From positions 25,296,001-25,360,000 of the forward strand of contig NC_090353.1 of assembly GCF_035084215.1 (NCBI RefSeq): a stretch of 64,000 nucleotides of DNA, in the 5' to 3' direction. Origin of the DNA: Heptranchias perlo (lineage: Eukaryota). The position numbers and the translations under genes were made by a program. The notes beneath the pieces were generated by a model. It was not told the origin of the DNA, made no database searches, and saw only the letters and a list, made by a program, of their open reading frames with translations. Shown here piece after piece: positions 13,784 to 25,667 of this stretch. Within the stretch, counting starts at the first letter, position 1. The number at the start of each line of letters is the position of its first letter.

Positions 13784-14049
13784 GTATGATAACTTATTAC
13801 ATGTCTTTATTTTTGCAACTAAGTAATTACAAAGATGTAGACATAGATTTTAGAGATGCAGTTGTAAAACAAATGCATATATTATAACCAATCTTACTAA
13901 TCTGAATTTAACATCTGTATAAAAGTATCATAGCTTGCTCAGTCTTTATGATTACAATAGTTCTCAAAGAATTCCAGCCTATTCATTAGGAATCTTAGTC
14001 AAAGATAAATTTTATTCATGGTTGTGTTTTTTCTTTCTCATGTGTTTAG

Positions 14050-14415
14050 GTTCTCCATATATTTCCGAAAGTGTAGTCTACAGGTTACAGAGAACTGAAC
14101 TATCCTTCCAATATTGTCATGAATATTGTGTAAGCTATTTTGATGGACTAGCTGAAGTCTACAATGAAAAACAGCAGCGGTATTTATCATTAATTGCAGA
14201 TGGCAAAAATGTCTGGATTGGAGTGTTAAAATGTAGGCAAAACTGGTGCTATACTGGCTCAGGTAGAATGGTGTCCTACACCAACTGGGCAAAGGGGGAA
14301 CCCAACAACCACTTCTCCTTCATTATTGGAGAAGAAAATTGTGTTTTGATGCTCAGTAGCCGTGAATGGAATGATGAAAATTGTTCTGACCAAAACTATT
14401 TTGTGTGCCAACAAT
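14050..14415 (+). CDS. Selectin-like gene exon 2, C-type lectin domain
   Basis: tttag|GT...CAA T|gtaagt, 366 bp, phase 1-1. Contains VWIG, YTNWAKGEPNN, ENCV, WNDENC and FVC, the canonical CTLD motifs. Confidence 0.93.
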
Positions 14416-14659
14416 GTAAGTACTAGTCTCTCATATCTCTCTATATTCGTAAAGCAGACGCTATGATATCTACAAGGATCTACTAGGGGATCCACGATCT
14501 GATGTGTCATCAGATTTCTTTATTTAGTAACATTGTTAAGATTTCCCACCCATTCACTATAAATGGGCTTCAGTTATTCCTATTGCTGTGTACCAGGAAA
14601 ATGTGTTTCTAGCAGGAATAGGGCTGTTTTTCTTTTTGGAGGATTCGATCGGGTTCCTG

Positions 14660-14780
14660 GTGACGAAGGAGGAAAGCTCCGAAAGCTTGTGATTTAAAAT
14701 AAAACTGTTGGACTATAACCTGGTGTTGTGCAAGTCCTTACATTTGTCCACCCCAGTCCATCACCGGCATCTCCACATCA
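14660..14780 (+). mobile_element. Penelope-like element terminal fragment with a degenerate hammerhead-like core
   Basis: TGACGAAGGAGGAAAGCTCCGAAAGCTTGTG...AATAAAACTGTTGGACTATAACCTGGTGTTG. The same family occurs on - at 58241-58296. Confidence 0.6.
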
Positions 14781-14789
14781 AAATAATTA

Positions 14790-15140
14790 AGGCTGGGGGA
14801 ACCAAAAGCACAATTGAAGAGGTAGATTTGAAGAGGCTTTTGAAAGAAGAAAGGTAGCAAGGAAAAGTAGTTTTGGGAGAGAGTTCCAAAGAACACAGTG
14901 AATGAAGATTTAGCTGATTATGTAGTGGGGGCAGGCAGTAATTTGGAATTGTAAGAGCGCAGGCTGTAGCTGGGACACAGCTGGAGAAGATAGCTTGGAT
15001 AAAGTGGAGCTAAACTGTGGAAGGATTTGAAAATTAGCATGAGGACCTTGAAGTTGGGGAACAGAGAGGGTTAATAGGTGTGTGGGACCTTGTGTGATAG
15101 AGAGAGCCACAGATTTCTGGATTAACTGAAGCTTATGAAG
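14790..15140 (-). mobile_element. Degraded L2-like LINE 3' fragment
   Basis: Minus-strand translation LHKLQLIQKSVA...THLLTL resembles the L2 ORF2 C-terminus. Confidence 0.5.
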
Positions 15141-15477
15141 GCAGCATTGCTCTACATAGACCAGACAAGTTGCGCTAATACAATGTTGTGTATTTTCTGA
15201 TTTTAGTGCTCTCAAGAAAATATATACATGAAATACGATTCTCTCTCATTAATGTAGCTGTTGTGCTGTCTTCAGCAGATTCTGATTTGTAAAAGATTGA
15301 GAGCAGGTTAAGCACTCATATTTTAGTCAGCTCACAATTCTGTATTACATTGCAGGACCTGTTGCATTATATCAAGGTCAAATTTTAAGCTTGTTTGCAA
15401 ATTGATTTCATTCACTTATTAATAGTGATTATTAATAGCATGAGCTCTGTGTGGAGTCCGATCCATAGGGATCTATG

Positions 15478-16312
15478 TTAGGGCCATTGCTCATCACTGT
15501 CTTTATCAATGATTTGGATGAAGGCATCGGGGGTACAGTCCTTATGTTTGCTGATTACACAAAGGGGTTCATGAGAGTTGGGATTTTGGACAAAATAAAT
15601 AGACTGCAGGCTGATTAAGATACAGTGGGAGAATATGTGGCATACGTCCTTCAATGTCAATAAATGCATTTGGGTTACAGTAATTCCAGCTATATGTACG
15701 GTATGCATGGTTACGCTCAAAAGGCTGCAGAACAGGTGAAGGAGTTGAAGTTCATGAAAATTGGAGGTTCATGACCAGTGCTGCAAGGCTGTAGAGAAAG
15801 TGAACAGGGTGTTAGGATATAGAGTTAGGACTGTTTAATACAAAACTAGAAATATGATACTTACCCTGTACGAGACCTTGGTTTGGCTGCATCTAGAATA
15901 CTGTGCCCAGACTTGGTCCCTTCACATGCTGCAGGATAGCAAGACCCTGGACGGCTACCAGAGTGACACCAAGTCTCAGAGCTTTTACCAGGACAGGCTC
16001 AGGGAACTGGGTCATTTTTCATTGGAGAAATGTAGATTCCAAGGGGATATGATTGAGGTCTTTAAAATAACCTAATTAACTGAGCAGTGGGGATTGATCC
16101 CTATTGATTTCCATGTTCTAACAGCTTTCAAGAATTATATTTGAATTGAAAGTGTTACAATGAGCAAGCACCAAGCTACCAATATGAACATAAGAAGGGA
16201 CTAAATTCTGTTCAGGTGAATTGGTTATTTGAGCTTGATGTTGCAAAGGCTGCATCTTATCTGGATGGGACAGGCTGGATGGATCACTTCTTGTCCTACA
16301 TTTTCTTATGTT
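15478..16312 (+). mobile_element. Degraded CR1 LINE (RT C-terminal part and 3' tail), interrupted by an inverted duplication
   Basis: LGPLL..FINDLD, FAD and LYETLVWLHLEYCAQTWS...RLRELGHFSLEKCRFQGDMIEVFK motifs; tail TTTTCTTATGTTC near 16301. Confidence 0.85.
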
Positions 16313-16427
16313 CATATTGGTAGCTTGGTGCTTGCTCATTGTAACACTTTCAATTCAAATATAATTCTTGAAAGCTGTTAGAACATGGAAATCAATAGGG
16401 ATCAATCCCCACTGCTCAGTTAATTAG
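16072..16427. repeat. Perfect inverted repeat with 125-bp arms (16072-16196 / 16303-16427) and a 106-bp spacer
   Basis: The arms read as exact reverse complements (CTAATTAACTGAGCAG...CATAAGAA / TTCTTATG...CTGCTCAGTTAATTAG). Confidence 0.95.
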
Positions 16428-16974
16428 ATTGTGTAAAATTCAATATCTGGTATCGATGCACAATACTGGATTTCCAACTATCATTTCATTGCCCAGAATC
16501 AGAATAAATTCACACTATTGCAATTGGAATTCAGTGCGGGGCATTATCAACTAATGGACTTTTTATCCTACAAAGCTTTTAAAACTTAAAATGAGTTTCC
16601 ATGAAATAAATAATATTGACATTTGATGGAGGATGGGCTATGGGAATTCTTTCACTTACAGGAAAGGCCATTTTAACTTACTTTGTATGTGTGTTGAAAG
16701 GTGTACAAGATAAATTTTTGGTGAAGTTTTTCAAGTTTTAATGTGGCTATATAATGTAGTAAAAGTCTTGTCTATGCACATACTTCCTGTAAATGCATTC
16801 ATTTCCTGTTGCACTTTTTGTGTCACTCTTTTTCTGTCACAGTCATACTATTGCTTTCATGCTACTTCTGTCAAACTTGAATTTTTCTATTCAGTCCTCC
16901 TGGTTGAACCTCCCAGCTAGGTGGTGCTGTGGGACAAATGTTGCTTTGTACTTACCTGTGATTGGATAGAGAGG

Positions 16975-18525
16975 ATCACATAAACATACGAAAATAACGG
17001 ACAACAAAAGTGTAGCTGGTCTATCAAGCCTGTCCCACACAATTATATTGTAAGTGAGCATCATGACTCCCGACCTACTAGCAGTCATGTAATCTCCTGG
17101 GAGAGGACAAAAAAACCCTCAGCCAATCCAGGAGGGAGAAAAGGATTCTGGGAAATTCCTATCTGACCACAGAAGGCAATCAAAATGAGTTCCAGGAGTC
17201 CACAGTGACCATGAAGCACATCACCCAACATCCCACCTACCTTTTGTACACAGTGATATCAGCCTCAGCCAGGAACTCATCCAACTTTCTTTTGGAAATT
17301 TGCAGCGATTCCACAATCATTGAACAAACAACTTGTTCCAAAGGTCGTCTGCGAAAAGAAAAACCTCCTCACGTCTAACGTGGTTCAAGGTTTATGTAAC
17401 TTACACGCTTGTTCCTGGTTCCCCCTAACCTACCTAATTCAAAGAGTCGATCCATATGGACACATTCTAGTTTCTTTATTATTGTAAATATCTCAATCAA
17501 ATCCCCCCAGAGTGTACACTTTCCAGTGTAAAAGGACCGAGCTCTTTAAGGGCTTTTGAACTAGGTATCAATCTAGTCACTCTCCTTTGAATCTTTTTCC
17601 AAGGCCTCTATATCACCCACCATGTAAGGGTTCACAGTATTCTAGATGAGGCCTAACCAAGGTCTTCTACAAGGACACTACAGTGCTTTTTGTCTTATAT
17701 TGGATTATCTGAGCTACACATCCTAATGCTCTATTTGCTTTTGCTATAGCCTTTTGCCATGGATCGTGAACATTTATGATCATAATAAACATTTATTTAG
17801 AGACTCATGCATTGTAACACGTAGGACTATTTCCTGCTCAAAGACTTTAGTTAGGAACCTCGCATAGTGTGAACGTGCTTGGCAAAATCCCTACCACGTG
17901 CATTACACTACATTTATTTATGTTAAATGCCATCTGGCAGCACATTCCCCCATTGCATCTAGATCTGATTGTAGTAGTTTATTCTCATCCAAGGTCCTAA
18001 CATCCAAGCCTAAATCTCTGTGTTATCCATAAACTAGTGGACAGTTTTCCCAACACCGTCATCAAAATCATTAATATAAATCGTGACATGGTCCCCTCAG
18101 CAGTGATCTCCAGGTCTGTCAGAAGTAAGAAGGCTTAACTGAAACAGCAGTTGTCTACAGTTAGGTTCTGCCAGTGTTACCCCTTCCCTGTTGTTTATTT
18201 CTTCTTTTCTTTCCCTTGTATTTGTTTTGAAGGACCTTTTTCTCCCCATGACCTGTTGCCTGCTGTCTTCACTCCTGGCCACCATTACTCATGCAGGTCT
18301 CTCCTCCCAGTGAACCTGACTCCAGTCACTCCTTCCCACTCACTGCCTGTCATCTTTCCCCAGTCAGATGCCTCGTCCCGATGCTCATCTGCACCCTTGT
18401 GCCACCCACTGCCACCCCTGCCATGTGATCTGTCAGCAATCCTTTCTTCCTGCTGGCTCTATTTTAGTGCTTACCTGCCCACTTCCCACAGCCCAAACCT
18501 CAGGCTTTCTGTCCCCTCTTGGTAA
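16975..18525 (-). mobile_element. Degraded CR1 LINE on the minus strand; the part from ~17330 onward is included in the tandem unit
   Basis: Paralogous copies translate FYKNLVRPHLEYCVPFWSP..DIKALEKIQRRITRWIPSLK on the minus strand. Confidence 0.8.
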
Positions 18526-18982
18526 TCCTCTCTTGCTACTGGTTACGCAGCACTGTTTTTGAAGATATGCGCTAGAATGAGGAGACCCACTGAGGCAAGT
18601 ATCCTCACAAATCTTCCATTTCATTCACTAATGAAGTTGAAATCCTGTTCCCAGCCAAGGTGAAACAGGCATTGTTTTCAAACAAAAATATTGGCCACAT
18701 CCTTCAATACTTTGAGGTGTGATGGAAGAACAATGTGATATGCATTTTGTTACAGCAAAATAATTGAGGATACGTATCCATATTGATTTGTAGAATTGAA
18801 CTGTGCTTTTGATGGATACTAGTTCTCTTAATACCTGGTGGTCATACAGATTACATTACTGTTTAATTATTGCATTCTCAGCAGCCAATCAGACTACATA
18901 ATGTAAATAATTAATCTACAAATGACAGTGAATAAGTCACATTTGAATGATAATAATAATCCTTATGCTACTATCTCTACAG

Positions 18983-19090
18983 TCCAATGCCAAGCAACAA
19001 CCTGCAACAGAAGAGGCACGTGTATTGAATTGGCTAATGGTTTTAGTTGCACCTGTGACCAAGGTTTTTATGGAAATAATTGTGAAAATG
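18983..19090 (+). CDS. Selectin-like gene EGF exon copy 1
   Basis: ctacag|TC...AAT G|gtaaga, 108 bp, phase 1-1. Encodes QCQATTCNRRGTCIELANGFSCTCDQGFYGNNCEN, a 6-Cys selectin-type EGF. Confidence 0.9.
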
Positions 19091-19211
19091 GTAAGAGCTG
19101 GAGAAAAAAAATGGCATAAAATATGTATTCAAGAAGGTAATCCAGACTCACTGCTTCTCTTGAGGACACTGACTCTTGCTGGAGTAGGACTTCATATGTA
19201 CTGGTGGTCCT

Positions 19212-20592
19212 TTGGTACCTACAGGATTCCTTTTTTACCCAGTATGTGAGAAGCCCATCAAGAGATGAATCACTGCTGGATCTACTAATGGGAAATGAAC
19301 CAGAACAGATGAGAGAAGTAAGCATAGGGGAACATCTAGGCAATAGCAATCATAACATGACAAGGTTTAAAATAATGATTGAGAAAGACATAAGTAAGAC
19401 AAAGACCAAAGTAATAGATTGGAAAAAAGCTAATGTTGAGGGGATGAGAATGGAACTAGGTCAGGTAAACTGTAAAGAATTTTTGACAGACAAAGAAATA
19501 GAATAACTGTGGATAATATTCAAAACGGTGATCAATAGAACTCAGGGAGAATATATTCCTCTAAAAAGCAAGAACAAACTAGCCAATAATGAAACACCAC
19601 GGATGAATAAAGAGATAAGGGTAAAATTGAAACTAAAGAAAAAGGCATACTTTAAGTACATAGACAATAAAGGAGAGGATGACAATCTTGTAGTTAATAC
19701 AAAGGAAGAATGCGTCAAAATGCAAAAGCACGTTAATAAATTTGCAAAATGGGCATGTAATTGGCAAATTAATTTCAATATAGATAAGTGTGAGGTGGTG
19801 CATTTTTGTAGGAAGAATAAAGAGGCCACATACTGCTTGGATAATAAGTCTAAACAGGATAGAGGAGCAATGGGATCTAGAGGTACAGATATACAAATCA
19901 CTAAAAGTAGCGATGCAGGTTAATAAGGACATAAAAAAGGCAAATCAAGCACTAGGGATCATTTCTAGAGGGACAGAATTGAAAAGCAAAGAAATTACGT
20001 TAAACTTGTATAGAACATTGGTTAGAACATACTTGGAGTATATGTGCACAGTTCTGGTCTCCATAATATAGAAAGGATGTAAAGGCATTGGCGGGAGTGC
20101 AAAAAAGATTCACAAGAATGATACCAGAAATGAGAGGAAGTACTTATCGGGAAAGGCTGAACAGGCTGGGGCTCTTTTCTCTAGAAAAGAGATGGCTGAG
20201 GGGTGACCTGATAGAGCTCTTTAAGACAATGATAGGGTTTTGATAGAGTAGACGTAGAGAAAATGTTTCCACTTGTGGGGGAGTCCAAAACTAGAAGTCA
20301 CAAATATAAAATAGTCACTAATAAATTCAACAGGGAATTCAGGAGAAACTTCTTTACCCAAAGAGTGGTAAGAATGCGGAACGCATTACCACAAGGAGTA
20401 GTTGGGGCAAATAGCATAGATGCATGTAAAGGGAAGCTAGATAAGCACATGAGGGAGAAAGGAATGGAAGGGTATCCTGAAAGGGTTAGATGAGGTCGGG
20501 GGGGAGGAGGCTCATGTTGAGCATAAACACCGGCAAAGACCAGTTGGGCTGTGCCTGTTTCTGTGCGGTAGTTGTGATGTAACTCGATGTAA
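19212..20592 (+). mobile_element. Internally deleted CR1 LINE at the unit junction (also ~22506-23875, ~25789-27169, ~29083-30462)
   Basis: LQDSFFTQYVRSPSRDESLLDLLMGNE...HLGNSNHN (end of the endonuclease) is joined, after a large RT deletion, to WACNWQINFNIDKCEVVHF and RRNFFTQRVV. Ends in a GATGTAAC-repeat tail. Confidence 0.9.
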
Positions 20593-22276
20593 CTTGTACC
20601 AAAGGTCCTCTGCGAAAAGAAATACCTCCTCACATCTAACTAGTTCAATGCTTATGTAACTTAAACGCATATCCCTGGTTCGCCCTAACCTATCTAATTC
20701 AAAGAGTTGATCCACATGGACACAGTCTAGTTTCTATATTATTGTTAATATCTCAATCAAATCCCCCCAAAGTGTACACTTTCCAGAGTAAAAGGACCGA
20801 GCTCTCTAAACCTACCATGATAACTCATGGCTTTTAAACTAGGTATCCATCTTGTGATCCTCCTTTGAATCTTTTCCAGGGCCTTTATATCACCCACCGT
20901 GTCAGGGGACCAAAATGGGACACAGTATTCTAGATGAGGCCTAACCAAGTTCTTGTAGAAGGACACTGTAGTGCTTTTTTTCTTGTATTGGATTATATCA
21001 GCTATACGTCCTAATGCTCTATTTGCTTTTGCTATAACCTTTCACCACTCATCGTGAACATTTATGATCATTATAAACATTTATTTAGAGACTCATGCAT
21101 TATGACACTAGGACTATTTCTTGCTCAAAAGACTTTAGTTAGGAACCCTGCACAGTGTGAACATGCTTGGCAAAACCTCTACCCGTGTGCACTGCACTAC
21201 ATTTATCTATGTCAAATGCCATCTGGCAGATGTGGACCTATTTCCCCATTGCATCTAGATCTGATTGTAGTTGTTTTTTTTCATCCAAGGTCCTAACATC
21301 CAAGCATAAATCTGTGTTATCCATAAACTAATGGACAATTTCCCCAACACCTCCATCGAGATCATTAATATAGATCGTGACATGGTCCCGTCAGCAGTGA
21401 CCTCCAGGTCTGTCACAGGTCAGAAGGCTTAACTGAAACAGCAGTTGCCTACAGTTAGGTTCTGCCAGTGTTACCCCTTCCCTGTTGTTTATTTCTTCTT
21501 TTCTTTCCCTTGTATTTGTTTTGAAGGACCTTTTTTTCCCCATGACCTGTTGCCTGCTGTCTTCACTCCTGGCCACCATTACTCATGCAGGTCTCTCCTC
21601 CCAGTGAACCTGACTCCAGTCACTCCTTCCCACTCACTGCCTGTCATCTTTCCCCAGTCAGATGCCTCGTCCCGATGCTCATCTGCACCCTTGTGCCACC
21701 CACTGCCACCCCTGCCATGTGATCTGTCAGCAATCCTTTCTTCCTGCTGGCTCTATTTTAGTGCTTACCTGCCCACTTCCCACAGCCCAAACCTCAGGCT
21801 TTCTGTCCCCTCTTGGTAATCCTCTCTTGCTACTGGTTACGCAGCACTGTTTTTGAAGATATGCGCTAGAATGAGGAGACCCACTGAGGCAAGTATCCTC
21901 ACAAATCTTCCATTTCATTCACTAATGAAGTTGAAATCCTGTTCCCAGCCAAGGTGAAACAGGCATTGTTTTCAAACAAAAATATTGGCCACATCCTTCA
22001 ATACTTTGAGGTGTGATGGAAGAACAATGTGATATGCATTTTGTTACAGCAAAATAATTGAGGATACGTATCCATATTGATTTGTAGAATTGAACTGTGC
22101 TTTTGATGGATACTAGTTCTCTTAATACCTGGTGGTCATACAGATTACATTACTGTTTAATTATTGCATTCTCAGCAGCCAATCAGACTACATAATGTAA
22201 ATAATTAATCTACAAATGACAGTGAATAAGTCACATTTGAATGATAATAATAATCCTTATGCTACTATCTCTACAG

Positions 22277-22384
22277 TCCAATGCCAAGCAACAACCTGCA
22301 ACAGAAGAGGCACGTGTATTGAATTGGCTAATGGTTTTAGTTGCACCTGTGACCAAGGTTTTTATGGAAATAATTGTGAAAATG
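22277..22384 (+). CDS. EGF exon copy 2
   Basis: Identical 108-bp exon with intact ag/gt sites. Confidence 0.85.
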
Positions 22385-25300
22385 GTAAGAGCTGGAGAAA
22401 AAAAATGGCATAAAATATGTATTCAAGAAGGTAATCCAGACTCACTGCTTCTCTTGAGGACACTGACTCTTGCTGGAGTAGGACTTCATATGTACTGGTG
22501 GTCCTTTGGTACCTACAGGATTCCTTTTTTACCCAGTATGTGAGAAGCCCATCAAGAGATGAATCACTGCTGGATCTACTAATGGGAAATGAACCAGAAC
22601 AGATGAGAGAAGTAAGCATAGGGGAACATCTAGGCAATAGCAATCATAACATGACAAGGTTTAAAATAATGATTGAGAAAGACATAAGTAAGACAAAGAC
22701 CAAAGTAATAGATTGGAAAAAAGCTAATGTTGAGGGGATGAGAATGGAACTAGGTCAGGTAAACTGTAAAGAATTTTTGACAGACAAAGAAATAGAATAA
22801 CTGTGGATAATATTCAAAACGGTGATCAATAGAACTCAGGGAGAATATATTCCTCTAAAAAGCAAGAACAAACTAGCCAATAATGAAACACCACGGATGA
22901 ATAAAGAGATAAGGGTAAAATTGAAACTAAAGAAAAAGGCATACTTTAAATAAAGGAGAGGATGACAATCTTGTAGTTAATACAAAGGAAGAATGCGTCA
23001 AAATGCAAAAGCACGTTAATAAATTTGCAAAATGGGCATGTAATTGGCAAATTAATTTCAATATAGATAAGTGTGAGGTGGTGCATTTTTGTAGGAAGAA
23101 TAAAGAGGCCACATACTGCTTGGATAATAAGTCTAAACAGGATAGAGGAGCAATGGGATCTAGAGGTACAGATATACAAATCACTAAAAGTAGCGATGCA
23201 GGTTAATAAGGACATAAAAAAGGCAAATCAAGCACTAGGGATCATTTCTAGAGGGACAGAATTGAAAAGCAAAGAAATTACGTTAAACTTGTATAGAACA
23301 TTGGTTAGAACATACTTGGAGTATATGTGCACAGTTCTGGTCTCCATAATATAGAAAGGATGTAAAGGCATTGGCGGGAGTGCAAAAAAGATTCACAAGA
23401 ATGATACCAGAAATGAGAGGAAGTACTTATCGGGAAAGGCTGAACAGGCTGGGGCTCTTTTCTCTAGAAAAGAGATGGCTGAGGGGTGACCTGATAGAGC
23501 TCTTTAAGACAATGATAGGGTTTTGATAGAGTAGACGTAGAGAAAATGTTTCCACTTGTGGGGGAGTCCAAAACTAGAAGTCACAAATATAAAATAGTCA
23601 CTAATAAATTCAACAGGGAATTCAGGAGAAACTTCTTTACCCAAAGAGTGGTAAGAATGCGGAACGCATTACCACAAGGAGTAGTTGGGGCAAATAGCAT
23701 AGATGCATGTAAAGGGAAGCTAGATAAGCACATGAGGGAGAAAGGAATGGAAGGGTATCCTGAAAGGGTTAGATGAGGTCGGGGGGGAGGAGGCTCATGT
23801 TGAGCATAAACACCGGCAAAGACCAGTTGGGCTGTGCCTGTTTCTGTGCGGTAGTTGTGATGTAACTCGATGTAACTTGTACCAAAGGTCCTCTGCGAAA
23901 AGAAATACCTCCTCACATCTAACTAGTTCAATGCTTATGTAACTTAAACGCATATCCCTGGTTCGCCCTAACCTATCTAATTCAAAGAGTTGATCCACAT
24001 GGACACAGTCTAGTTTCTTTATTATTGTTAATATCTCAATCAAATCCCCCCAAAGTGTACACTTTCCAGAGTAAAAGGACCGAGCTCTCTAAACCTACCA
24101 TGATAACTCATGGCTTTTAAACTAGGTATCCATCTTGTGATCCTCCTTTGAATCTTTTCCAGGGCCTTTATATCACCCACCGTGTCAGGGGACCAAAATG
24201 GGACACAGTATTCTAGATGAGGCCTAACCAAGTTCTTGTAGAAGGACACTGTAGTGCTTTTTTTCTTGTATTGGATTATATCAGCTATACGTCCTAATGC
24301 TCTATTTGCTTTTGCTATAACCTTTCACCACTCATCGTGAACATTTATGATCATTATAAACATTTATTTAGAGACTCATGCATTATGACACTAGGACTAT
24401 TTCTTGCTCAAAAGACTTTAGTTAGGAACCCTGCACAGTGTGAACATGCTTGGCAAAACCTCTACCCGTGTGCACTGCACTACATTTATCTATGTCAAAT
24501 GCCATCTGGCAGATGTGGACCTATTTCCCCATTGCATCTAGATCTGATTGTAGTTGTTTTTTTTCATCCAAGGTCCTAACATCCAAGCATAAATCTGTGT
24601 TATCCATAAACTAATGGACAATTTCCCCAACACCTCCATCGAGATCATTAATATAGATCGTGACATGGTCCCGTCAGCAGTGACCTCCAGGTCTGTCACA
24701 GGTCAGAAGGCTTAACTGAAACAGCAGTTGCCTACAGTTAGGTTCTGCCAGTGTTACCCCTTCCCTGTTGTTTATTTCTTCTTTTCTTTCCCTTGTATTT
24801 GTTTTGAAGGACCTTTTTTTCCCCATGACCTGTTGCCTGCTGTCTTCACTCCTGGCCACCATTACTCATGCAGGTCTCTCCTCCCAGTGAACCTGACTCC
24901 AGTCACTCCTTCCCACTCACTGCCTGTCATCTTTCCCCAGTCAGATGCCTCGTCCCGATGCTCATCTGCACCCTTGTGCCACCCACTGCCACCCCTGCCA
25001 TGTGATCTGTCAGCAATCCTTTCTTCCTGCTGGCTCTATTTTAGTGCTTACCTGCCCACTTCCCACAGCCCAAACCTCAGGCTTTCTGTCCCCTCTTGGT
25101 AATCCTCTCTTGCTACTGGTTACGCAGCACTGTTTTTGAAGATATGCGCTAGAATGAGGAGACCCACTGAGGCAAGTATCCTCACAAATCTTCCATTTCA
25201 TTCACTAATGAAGTTGAAATCCTGTTCCCAGCCAAGGTGAAACAGGCATTGTTTTCAAACAAAAATATTGGCCACATCCTTCAATACTTTGAGGTGTGAT

Positions 25301-25559
25301 GGAAGAACAATGTGATATGCATTTTGTTACAGCAAAATAATTGAGGATACGTATCCATATTGATTTGTAGAATTGAACTGTGCTTTTGATGGATACTAGT
25401 TCTCTTAATACCTGGTGGTCATACAGATTACATTACTGTTTAATTATTGCATTCTCAGCAGCCAATCAGACTACATAATGTAAATAATTAATCTACAAAT
25501 GACAGTGAATAAGTCACATTTGAATGATAATAATAATCCTTATGCTACTATCTCTACAG

Positions 25560-25667
25560 TCCAATGCCAAGCAACAACCTGCAACAGAAGAGGCACGTGT
25601 ATTGAATTGGCTAATGGTTTTAGTTGCACCTGTGACCAAGGTTTTTATGGAAATAATTGTGAAAATG
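25560..25667 (+). CDS. EGF exon copy 3
   Basis: Identical 108-bp exon with intact ag/gt sites. Confidence 0.85.

Noticed and set aside
13935-14426. 163-aa ORF as a stand-alone single-exon lectin gene
   Set aside because: Its N-terminal part is intron (polypyrimidine tract and AG at 14049), and a strong donor at 14416 precedes the stop.
18151-18525. Repeated 124-aa Pro/Ser/Cys-rich ORF in every tandem unit
   Set aside because: It is the antisense reading of a decayed CR1 segment and recurs only because of the array.
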